From Klebsormidium nitens (Eukaryota > Plantae > Klebsormidiophyceae), in the NCBI GenBank assembly GCA_000708835.1, contig DF236983.1, positions 124,001 through 188,000 on the forward strand: a stretch of DNA of 64,000 bases. The letters run 5' to 3'. Positions 11,551-27,800 of this stretch are shown one piece after another (the stretch's first letter is position 1; each line of letters begins with the position of its first letter). The position numbers were made by a program, and so were the translations under genes. Below the pieces are notes generated by a model. The model had not been told where the DNA came from, did no database searches, and was given only the letters and a program-made list of their open reading frames with translations.

Positions 11551-13504
11551 GGCTCCTGATTGTAGCGTGGATACAATGCAGCCCCACCTGCAGTGCGAGG
11601 CAGCAAAAAATCGCGCTGAAACCTAGGACTCGGAGTAGGGGGGCACCTTTCTCCTTCTAGCGTGATGGGGCAGCCAGGAGCTCAGTTCAATTTTCCAAGT
11701 CCAGCTTGCGGCCATGGTCACCTGGAGCTTGGAGACACCTGCGTGTGACAAGTGTCGTTCTCAAGACTGCTTTCGAGTGCCCTCCAGGCCAATCAGACGT
11801 GAGTCGAGTTTGACTGCGAAAACCGCGAACTGATGAGCAAAAGCACTCCTTTTCAAAATGTACCCATCCCTTGCCTGCCGTCACAGACGGTCCTCGGATT
11901 GGTCGTTCACAACTTACAAGCCTGGAGACTGGACTCGTGAGTGAGTCGTGACTCTGAGACTGGAGTCTGGACTCTGGTCGCCAAACCGAATTCGCAATAG
12001 GTACCGGTACAATTCCGAGTCATCACATCATGATTTGCTTGAAAAGATGGGTACAATTTTATTTCTGTAAGATATTGGCGCGCGATTGAACGGCGACGAG
12101 CCACCCCAGCCTCGCTTTCTGACAGCAGTCTGACAGCACTTTTAATGCGGAAGTTGCTCACTCACGTGCGTTCCGAGAATTTCATCATACTCATGAAAGC
12201 CCACACAAATTGGCCCCATAGGTAATAAGATATTTACCCTGAAAATGGTTCCCGGTTGGTTCACCCGGGAATGGATACAGCATTCTGAGGCGCAAAACAA
12301 GCGGCCCGTATTTTCAAGAGTTTCTCCGGGCAAGCTCTTTGTCCACGAGCGCACCGAGATATCACAATCAGATACGATTTGTCTCTGACACATGTTCAGA
12401 AGGCGGGTGACATGTTGCCACCTCCGGGTATTGATGTGCAAACCAGGTACCGAGCAGCCGGCCGGGGAACCCACTCGCCCAAGTTCTATAGGATACTGGT
12501 CATGCAATCTATTTTCTCAGCATACCGGTACCGTCCTTCACCCGGTGCTTTGGCTTTGAACCGCAAGGATTGAAGTTCGTATTGAACGGTATCACAAGTA
12601 CCCGGTCGGGAGTGACCCGGGGGCGGGCTGAGCCGGGTCAGCCGGCCCGTTAAGTCGAATCTCCGTTTTTCCCGGAGCCTGTACACGTGGTTCACGATCA
12701 TTCTTGCATTGTGTCGGTTTCCTCCCCCATGTTGGGGGTGAGCTCAGAACACTTTCTTCGGGGCTACACAATGATCGCGAGATGTACAAAGGGCGACACA
12801 ATCGGAAGGTCAAGATGATACTGAGAGGAAAATGCGTCGTCGTTTTAGAGCTCAGGGGTTGGAACCGGGGGAAGTTGGCATCTGCAAATCTAGCAGATTC
12901 GACGCCAGACATTACGTCAGCAGCTTCCCCGCCATTCAAGATCTGCCACGGTCGACTTGCGATATGGAGCACTCTCAGGCCGGAGGTGTACACTGCACGC
13001 AGTGTGCTGGCACTGGGCAATGAAGGACAAGTTCTAAGGGCGATTTATCAATCGCGAAAAATGGCAATGCAGTCGCGAATGCCTGATTGTTGGTATTTGT
13101 TCGATCTAGTTCATGGCTTGTACGCGCGTCTTATGGCTACAGTCTGAGGCTACAGATGTACTACCCATCCGGCCCGATCCGACTCGCGCGCGCAAAATCA
13201 CCGATCGTACGCGGCGGTCGAGCGGCTGCCCGTGGTGGCTCAACCGGGCACTATTTTGATGCGCGGAAGCTGTACTGTTAGTGGCCGGGGCCGGCGAGAG
13301 TTTGAACAACTTTGAGAACCTGAATCTCAACTCGGATTCGTCCAAACTTTGAAATTGTGACACTATCGAGTCATATATGAACTCTCCGCAACAACTCTCG
13401 CTGATTTCGGCAACGGTCTGTGGAGGCGGAAACGGGAGAGGACGTACAGGTGTAATACAAGGCAATGCCACGCCTGACGGCGTTTGATGGCATTGCCAAA
13501 AAGG

Positions 13505-13522
13505 CATGACTCATGAGTCATG
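13505..13522. promoter_or_regulatory. Perfect 18-bp palindrome CATGACTCATGAGTCATG (two inverted TGACTCA bZIP-type sites)
   Basis: The palindrome is read directly, about 210 bp upstream of the F-box ATG at 13731. Regulatory function is inference. Confidence 0.35.
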
Positions 13523-13730
13523 AGCCCACATGACGTAGGACTGGAAATGGAAGGCTCGTCTTTTGGCAGAAAGCAGTGGGTATCGCGTCAGCATTGCAAG
13601 CAAGATTGGGAAGAAGCTTTGTATCTCGGTTCGGGGGACCCCACAAGTGGCAGCAAGGCCGGTCGAGCTAGGGCCGATCCTAGGACTTTCTCCAATTAGG
13701 TTGAGGCCAGCTTAGAGTAGGTAGCACATA

Positions 13731-15071
13731 ATGGAGGACCCGTGTTCCTTCGACCTGCTCCCAGATGCGGTTGTGCTGGACATTCTGAGCCGCTTTGCGC
13801 GCGCCTCTCTGCAAGATCAGGGGGCCAAGGCGCACATCCTCAAATGGGACGCCTGTGAACAGCTCATCCGGTTGCAGCTGGTTTGCCGACGGTGGCAGGG
13901 CCTCCTCTTTCTCCTTCCTGAGCTTGGATGGAGGCTCAAAGGCCCTGCAGACGAGCGGGGCCTTGTAAAGTTCCTGGCGCGCTCGCCAGGCTTCCTGCGC
14001 AGGCTGCGCCTGTCGCTGAGCACCCGGTACAAGGCCTCCCCCGAGTTGCAGGCCCGGTTGGCTGGTGTGTGCGGCAGCTTGAGAGAACTAGAGATGGTTC
14101 AATTGAGGGATCCAGAGGCGGGCCCGGAACAATGCCTGCTGGAGCCGCACTTTGACTATGTGGCGTTGCTCAATTCGCTGTCACCGGGGGGCGCTTTGCA
14201 AACCATCAGCTTCACTAGCCACGTCAGCCTCGCTTCAAGGCAGACGCTCCTGCCGCTCCCTTCCATTCTACACCTGAACTTAACCTCAGCATTCATCTCC
14301 GACAATACACTGCAAACCATCACAGACTGCTGTCCAAACCTGCGGACGCTGCACCTGGATTATGTCCGGGGGCTGCAGGACACTCTGATTCAGAGCCCCC
14401 CCCTGCAGAGCCTTAAGATTAGCACCGGGCCGTTCCCTGAGAGCCTGAGCATCGACGCAACGAGCCTCACATCTATGGACTTGTCAGTTGGAGAGATGCT
14501 GTCAATCGCAGCACCGAACCTGCGGACGCTGACTATCGGATCGGGGCTGCCGGAACTGGAGGTGCGGCAGCAGTGGAATGTGTCGACGTTGCAATTGAGA
14601 GGGTACTACTGGATTTGGGACTACATTGAGACGCTGCTCAGGGTGTGCCCGAATCTAACGAGCTTAGACATCGACGTGAAGAATCAATTAAGCCCGGGGG
14701 TAAGTGTGCCAATCCGGACGTTTCTTTGGGAGCTATGTCCAAACGTAAGGGAGGTGAAGCTGGCCCTGGGCGTCCTGGAGATCTTGGAGTGTAGCGAGGA
14801 CGATGTGGCGGGGGTTTCGGGCGAGCGGTTGCCGATGCGGACGGGTTTGTTTGAGGTAGACGGTGTGACAACAACTACGCTGAGGCAGATTGAGTTTTTC
14901 CTAAGGAGTGCGTCGTTTGAGGCGCTGCAATTGGTAGTGTTAGGGTCGAGCAGACCGGCATTGAACAAGGCTTCAGGCGCGCTTGCGGCGCTTCTAGAGT
15001 TGGAAGAGAGTTGGGCAGTTTTGGAAGTAACATTTGTGCCTGCTTGCCCTGGCTGGACACAATGGAGGTAA
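13731..15071 (+). CDS. F-box/LRR protein, single exon, 446 aa
   Basis: F-box motif FDLLPDAVVLDILSRF...LQLVCRRWQGLL and repeated LRR units (CPNLRTLHL, APNLRTLTI, CPNLTSLDI, CPNVREVKL). Confidence 0.88.
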   Translation: MEDPCSFDLLPDAVVLDILSRFARASLQDQGAKAHILKWDACEQLIRLQLVCRRWQGLLFLLPELGWRLKGPADERGLVKFLARSPGFLRRLRLSLSTRYKASPELQARLAGVCGSLRELEMVQLRDPEAGPEQCLLEPHFDYVALLNSLSPGGALQTISFTSHVSLASRQTLLPLPSILHLNLTSAFISDNTLQTITDCCPNLRTLHLDYVRGLQDTLIQSPPLQSLKISTGPFPESLSIDATSLTSMDLSVGEMLSIAAPNLRTLTIGSGLPELEVRQQWNVSTLQLRGYYWIWDYIETLLRVCPNLTSLDIDVKNQLSPGVSVPIRTFLWELCPNVREVKLALGVLEILECSEDDVAGVSGERLPMRTGLFEVDGVTTTTLRQIEFFLRSASFEALQLVVLGSSRPALNKASGALAALLELEESWAVLEVTFVPACPGWTQWR

Positions 15072-16254
15072 GAACGAACTGACCCAAAGACTTTTGTAGA
15101 TATACGGTAGCCTGAATAAATCCTGGCTTCACATTAGGTGCATTACATAAGTTTCGGGCATGATCAAAGGCCACACTACTTCCATTTGATAAATGAAGTC
15201 AACAATCATTCAGGGCAAGAAGCAAGAAGTGACATAACATCAGTATCGCACGAAGCTCAGAGTCATGGAGCGTCATCCTTGCATTGAGTTGGCCTGACGA
15301 CCGTATGAAAACAGCGTTACAGTGACGGCTGCGGCCCCCCTTAAAAAGTTCGAGGTCACACTCAAACTGGCTGCTAATCATGGCCGTTTTTCGGGCCCAT
15401 AGGCCTGAACAAATGCGATTATGCATGCAGGATCTTTTTGACGATGTTGAACACAAGTCGTGTTGTTTGACTAATCCCAACTACTATAAGAAGCAGCCAC
15501 AATCAATGACAGGGCATTTCTGATACAACTCGCCGATTTGTCACGCGTGGCATGACGGCCACTGTAGCTGATTGGCGAAGGGCCCGACGGCTGCGCTGCC
15601 TAGGCATATCAGGCACATGGTCCGATCTCATGCAGATAGCGCTGTAGATCTCGATATATTTGCTTTTACACATGTACTTGACAGCTACATGCACATACTT
15701 CACATCCGCTCATTTGTAAGACAGATTGCCAAATGTTTGAGCTTTCTAGCACTACCAGCCACCCAGATTTGATGGTCACGATCAACTCGAATGCTCTGTC
15801 AGCATCACGCTACGACCACCTTGATTCAGTGCATATATAGTCTGGCTAGATTAGCCGTCGCACCACGCACAGTAGCGTATGGCTTGCAAGCCACGATGGG
15901 TGAAAGGAGGCGGGTATAGCAAAGTGCAAGCAGGAAGAAGCAAGCGATAATTGGGGCTTGATCTGGCTTATTGTCTATCGCCACCGGCAACATACTTGCA
16001 CATTCCAGGTTGACTCGGTATGAAAACTTCTTTACCTGCAATGCCTTAACTATATCGTAGGTGACCCTGTTCCATTTTCATGCTGTTAGATCGTCCGCGG
16101 ACGCTCTATGATCGTAGAACTATCTATGCTTTCTATTGCCTGAAACCGACTGCAATGCAGCTGCCGAGCCTTCCTGACCTTAAATCCCTGATCAACACGT
16201 ACGTCCCTCCTGACAAAATCGTTCGAACTTCTCGAATACTGCTCGAAAAGACCT

Positions 16255-21651
<5,397 letters not shown>

Positions 21652-22449
21652 GATTTCACCGGTGATAGTTCGTGCAGCTGATCGGCGAGGCCAGAGCTTG
21701 AAGGAAAAGTAGGTGGAAGAAGTGCTCGTGTGCTGAAATTACCGCTCCTAGATTGCGTCCTTCACACCTCACCAATTTGCTGAAGACGTTTCTGGATGTC
21801 GCTTTCAGTCAGTGGCACTCACTCTCAATGCTGCACAGCCAGTTGCAGCTGCTGAAGAGAAATTTCAATTGGTGAAGTGCAGAGGATCTTGTTTCCTGAC
21901 GACGTATACGGGGCCGTGTCGCTGCGCGTATACGGGTCAACTTTCAACCCTTTCTCCCGCAGAATCTTGGTTCTATAATATCGAATATACTCGCGTAGAC
22001 TGAGCTTATGGGCACCAAATCCTGCAGATTGAAGGTGGGGGTAGTGCGCATGTTCATTAGTCGCGGTAATGGTGTCCGTCGAAGCCGGTACATGCGCGCT
22101 GGATGGGAATAATGTTCGACGTGGAATTGCGAGAGCTCTTCTTTTCTGTGACTCTTCCCGGTGTGACGTACCTACCTACTCAGGTCACGAAACATGCTGG
22201 GGCAGCCGGACCAACCTGACGCCATTTATGATTTTTCCAGTTGCCAATCGATGTCGGCAAAAGCGCCTGGGAAAAGACGCCATTGCTGCAAAACTGGTCA
22301 ACAAGACTAGCATGACCACGACCACAAGGACTGCATCAGCACTCGGCCGAATGCGTTCCCTCATGCTGCTCCGAAGCAGTCATTCTTAGCACCGCCTCTA
22401 AGATGTCATTCGCCGATAATAGATCTTTGTGATTTTCTTCTTGGACAAC

Positions 22450-24140
22450 ATGCAACCGACAGCGGCTGACAAGGTCAGCAGACCTGATGCAGATGACGAG
22501 AGTGCTCCATCCTCGTCAGGCACCAGTTCTCCCAAGTCTTACCTCCTGGTTCACAATGTCTCAAAAAAGCACAATATTGGCACTCTGTCAAGGAGCTGCA
22601 CCGCTTTTGGAGTAACGCAAGTCTGCATTGTGGGGCAGAACGCGTACAACACGTTCGGAAGTCATGGGGCTGCTGAGTATGTTGACATTCGGCACTTTTG
22701 GAAGTTGGAGGATGCAGCAAAGTATCTCAAGGTGAGTGATGGTCTCAAAAGAAGGGTGGTGTAATTTCTGCTAAAGAAGAAGTACTTTTCCTGCCATAAG
22801 CGCCAGTTGGCGCTGCCATGACCTCTATTGATTGTCAAAGCATTGCCTCGTCAATGCTTCCCTGGTTTTATCTTGATTATATTTTTTGGTCCTGCACCAA
22901 GCGCCGCCCTCAGAACCCTAATTTGCAACTTCATAATTTTGCCATATGTCCCTCTGAACGACCACCACCTCTTTATCATACTTGTATCTTGAGCTGTTGC
23001 ATTGCAAGCGTTGACTTGAAACTCCTACGCAGGAAGATTGTCAGTGTGACATAGTTGGAGTTGAGATCGTGGAGGGAGCCCTCGCTGTGCACAAGCGCCC
23101 TTTCAAGAGGAATACTGCTTTCATTCTTGGCAACGAGGTAAGGCCCCACTGATAAATATTGGTGGCATTGGTAGCATCAGTCTTTTGGGCGGCCTGTGGT
23201 ACACCAGTGTGTGCTCTGATTGTGCCTGTGCTTTTTGGTTTCAAACTCTCTTTAGCGACCTCCACTGTTGCCTGCAAAGATGACGGATGGAATGCAATTG
23301 ACGGAGTGCAGGCCCTCAAAGCCTTTCTGGGGCTTACCTCTCACAATACCTGTCAAGCAGCCAGAAGCGTTTCACAACTACCAGCCCCACACATATGCAA
23401 AAGGCAATCATGGTGGTTCACGTAATCAGGGTACGGTTATTGGAAGGTGTTGTCTTTTCTCTAACAAACATGTTGCGTTTGCAGGGCACAGGCCTCTCAC
23501 AGAAGCAGATCGAGATCTGCGATTATTTTGTGTATATATCTCAGTACGGGCCTGGTACTGCTAGCTTGAATGTGACGGTAGCTGCCTCCATAGTCCTCCA
23601 CGCATTTGCTGGTGAGCCATCTGATACCCCTTCAAGGCTTAAAGTGCCTTTGGACCATCTGCCCCGATTCTAGTCTTGAAATATAGCAGTGATATTTATT
23701 TCTTGCAAGCAACTTATGCTTGTGGAGGACGAGGCTTGGCTGACACTATTTGACCTTGTCTTACACATCGAGTTTCAATCTGCGAGTCTCATAACCTTGG
23801 CTACGCAATTCATATTGCTCATTTTCTTGTCGATCCTGCCTCGTTTGATTGAGGTGTTTCCTAACATCGACGACGCATAGCTGCTTTCGATCCCTCCTAT
23901 TCCTGAATCCTTCATCTGGTAAATGCAGTCTGGGCTGGGATGCCCGAAAGAGGCCGGGAAGGGCAGAAGTTCGTGGTGGCAGAGAGACCGGTTCGGCAGA
24001 CGACTAGACGAGTGTGTCAAGATTCGCCTGAGGATGTGGCGGCAGCTAGGAAAGAGAGACAGGCAGCCAGCCTGCAGGATCATAGTGACGATTTAGGACT
24101 GGGGAGCATTGACCTCGAAGATTCTGCAAGTAATGAGTAA
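22450..24140 (+). CDS. SpoU/TrmH-family (SPOUT) RNA 2'-O-methyltransferase, about 241 aa; exons 22450-22731, 23033-23137, 23485-23611, 23929-24140
   Basis: Motif 1-like VHNVSKKHNIGTLSRSCTAFG, motif 2 AFILGNEGTGL and motif 3 SLNVTVAASIVL. Junctions are phase-consistent; the start codon is uncertain. Confidence 0.9.
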
Positions 24141-24875
24141 GTTGCTGGCAGGATAACGTCAGCGCGTTCATATAAGCAGGTAGCTTAGGAGGATAGCTTA
24201 AACGGTGCAGATGCCGGTGAAGAGGCCACTACAATGAATTAGATATTTCTGATCAGGTACACGTACATCTCAGCCCCGGCGCGGCACGCCAGTGCAGATC
24301 GCTGAGACGTTTGATCTTTTCTGAAAACAGATGGCCCCGCCAGGCAGCTCCAGCTGGGCCGGCGTGCTGCTGGTCTACACCTGTAGGCCCTTGCTTGCAA
24401 GATTGTCCTTGTCATTCATGACTCGTATCATGAGGATACGCCGCATTATAGTATGCTTGATCGAAACGTACATAATTAGTCCATATATGACCTCTGAGCG
24501 CATGTCAGGCGTGGCCCATGTGTGGCGCATGCAATAGACTTCATCCGATCTGTGCAGCTGTCTGGCTCAGAGCAGGTTTGGAAATGCAATTCGAGATGCA
24601 TGCCGCCCATGTGGAGTTGCTCCTGCCTTGAACGGAAGGCAACTTTAGTATGGGCAATAAGAACTCTTTGTAATTGTAAGGTCTAGGTACATCTACTTCC
24701 TTTCGAGCTAGTAGACTTCAAAAAAATCTACTACAATCGAAGCATCAGTCTCTCTCAAGAGCGTATCGTTACATTGGCGGCCCAAGATCCGTTGCATTAA
24801 GCATGCCCAACAATTGACTTGTCAATGTCATCTGCATAATATCTCTCTCTTTCTACAGTGACAACAATGTACAGA

Positions 24876-27800
24876 CTATCGTCTAGCGCGCCCATCGCTC
24901 CTCCTATGCTCCTCAATTTTCCTCTTCTTTTGCGCCTGCCGCTTCTGCCCCGAGGCAATCTTCCTCTTAGCCACTCGCTCCGGGTCGACCAGAGCCGCAA
25001 TCGCCGCCTTCCGCTTCCGGTCTTCCCGTGAGACCTTCACGTCCTGACGGACGGCGTTGTATGCGGACACGAAATCGGACACGCCCACGGAGTCCCGGAC
25101 CAGGCCCATCACCTCTTCCGCCAGGGCCTTCAGATCATCTGCACAGCACAGGGGGGCCGTCAAACTGATGGAAGATGCGACCGAGCGATAAACGCTCAAA
25201 AGGGAGGTGGTAATACTCACAAGTGGTAGCGAGTGGAAAGGTCGTGAAACTTGAGGTGGGTGGACACCCATCAAAGTCGGGGCGTGTTTGCAAGGCACGC
25301 AGATACTTCGTCTCTACCCAAAATTCTGATTACTCTAAACAAAGTCCATGGCGTGCCCCCGGAGATCGACGAACCGTTTCCACAAGAGCTTGCAAGCGCG
25401 GACCATGCCGCCAGCGCACGACCACGAAACTCGCCAGCTTCTTGCAGTAGAGTTCGCGCATCCAGAAGAATAAAATGCATCCAATCGTCCGGGTAAAAGC
25501 ACGGGCCAAAAATGGAATATGGTACGCACCTGGCACGGTCTTGGCGGCGTTGCCCTCAGCGAGGCGGTAGAGGGGCACCACCAGCTCGGGGAGGTGGGGC
25601 CGCACCGCAGCGCCGCCCAGCGCGGTGGCCACCGCTGCAAACCACCGCAAAGCGGCCGCGCTCTGCAAATGCGGAAGTATGTTTGAGACCCTCTGAGCGC
25701 ATAGCTTTTGAACCGCTTGAAATTTCAGATCAGCTCCTACCGCTGCAAAATACGGCAAGGGGAGGCGTGTTCTCCCAGAGAGGGGAGGCTCCGAGGGGTA
25801 TGGGACTGACTTGGTACGGCACCCGAAGGTAAAGAAGATCAGCTGTACAAGAGCGGCATCCAAGCAGCGCCGGGCTCCTTCGATCCTCAAAACATCCGTG
25901 AGATGCTCCCAGTTTCGATAAGACGTAGCTCAGGACCCGCAGTGGGCAACAACCCTCCAAGGATACCAAGAACCTCATGTTGCTCGTAATACTAATAATT
26001 CTGTTCAAAGGCTGCGTCACTGCCTCGCGCAGAACCGGCAACGAACTGGGCTGACAATCGCGGATTGAACGTCAAAGAAACGCTGATTCCCTCCGTTGCT
26101 GGATTCGTGCTCACCTGTATTGGCTCCACTCTGAGAGCAATCCTGGCGATCCTCCGGAAAAGCGACTTCAGCGTGGGGCACCGATCCCGCTGCCACCGGC
26201 CCTCTTCCGACCCCGCCTCTAGTTCGTCCTCCTCCCCTGTCTCCAAACCCTCTTCGCCCCCGTTCGCTAACCCGTCTCCTAACCCGTTTCCGGCATGCTT
26301 TCCCTCACTCTCCAGACGCCCGTTCGCTCCATTAACCCCGGGCTTTACCCCGGCCTCCAGCACTGCGTGCATAGCGGTTGCGACGTAAACCAGGTTCTTA
26401 ACCCCCTGTTCCGCCAGCTTCTCGTCAACTACTTCCGCCTCTAGTTGCTGGCACAGCGACGCTGCCACGCGCTGCAGTCCTTCGGGGGGGCTCAGAATCG
26501 TTTCCCCCGCCCAGCCGGGGGGTTCCCTTGTGGGCTGCGGCAGGGCTGCGAACAGCCCCCCCACGAGGCGGCCGGCGGCTTTGCGGACCCACAGGTGACG
26601 ATGGAGCAAATGGGCGGACACGTGCTCCCAGAATGCCTGCGGAAGATCAGGGTTGGGTTTGAAAAGAACGAAGTGTATAAGTGGAGAGAGTTGTGGGGCA
26701 AGCCAACCCTAGTGTGTCTAGATCCGGTTACGATGAAGAGGTGCGGTAAGCAACGAGCCCAGAGGGCTTCGACTCTTGCCGGTTGAGTCAGAGCGGAAAC
26801 CACCTAAACCCTAAAAAGCTTAGGAACGAACCCCTTAAGAGCATGAACGACCTACACCTGAAGCGGCTCAGGAATGAATCTTGATACGAGGGGAACGGAA
26901 TCATGACAGCTGCGCAAAATGACCCGACTTGCCTCACAAAGAGACGTCCGGTGGGAAGAATTGGTGGGAGCACATCAGAGAGATTCCCAATGAAGATTTT
27001 TCGTCCGCAGTCTCCAGAAGGAGTCGGATGTCCCTATCTTCGCTTCATCACTTGTGCTCCAGTCAATAATCGCTTTTCTCGTTGAGGCAGAACATTTTTT
27101 TTGTATCGTTTAACGCCTCGTAAGGACAGCTAATCAGCTAATCAACTAATCAGCTCGAACAACACACGAGAGAGACAACGTCAAGGACTTGTAGAGGCAA
27201 CGTAAACGACTTGCTTGGAAGGCAGAACCGTCGGAGTCTTCAGCAGAAACAATTTGGACTTGCACGTCATTTAGATGTTGTACTTAAGGCGGAGCGAGTC
27301 GAACAATTGAAAGTATGCAGATTCAAGATAAATCTAGTCTTTAACACTAAAACAACCAGATTGCCGAGCTCTTCAGGTTACGACCGTATTGAGACGGATC
27401 CGGCAAAAGCAAGAACATTACTTGTTTGGCAACTGTAACTGAAAAGCTGTGCAGTTCATATGCCCGTTCCATAAGACGAACGCAGGGAGGCCCTGGCATG
27501 ATCAGACAGATTCTTAGGTGGAATAGGGGACTTATGATCACTTTACTTCCAGGTATAGACTCGAGCAACGGGGAGGGTGCGCATCAGAGAGATTCCCAAT
27601 GAAGATGTTTTGTCCGCAGTCTCCATAAGGAGTCGGATGTCCCTATCTTCTTTCATCACTTGCGCACACCTTAACAGATGAAGTACTCTCGAATGAAAGA
27701 CTATCAATGATCTCAGATACGGCCGACCGTTGTCTGGTAGGGACACAAGAAAACAAAGAAGCAGAATTACTGGATGACGAGTGGAGATTCTCAAACATTC

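Noticed and set aside
12166-12692. CACGTG G-boxes upstream of the iron transporter as iron-responsive elements
   Set aside because: A common hexamer. Two hits in over 1 kb is not evidence.
11990-13300. CCGG/CCCGG-rich intergenic stretch resembling hAT subterminal repeats
   Set aside because: Only modest enrichment, with no terminal inverted repeats, target-site duplication or transposase fragment found.
26806-26814. Telo-box AAACCCTAA near snoRNA copy 1
   Set aside because: A single copy lying 3' of the snoRNA on the transcribed strand, so not positioned as its promoter. Expected by chance in 64 kb.
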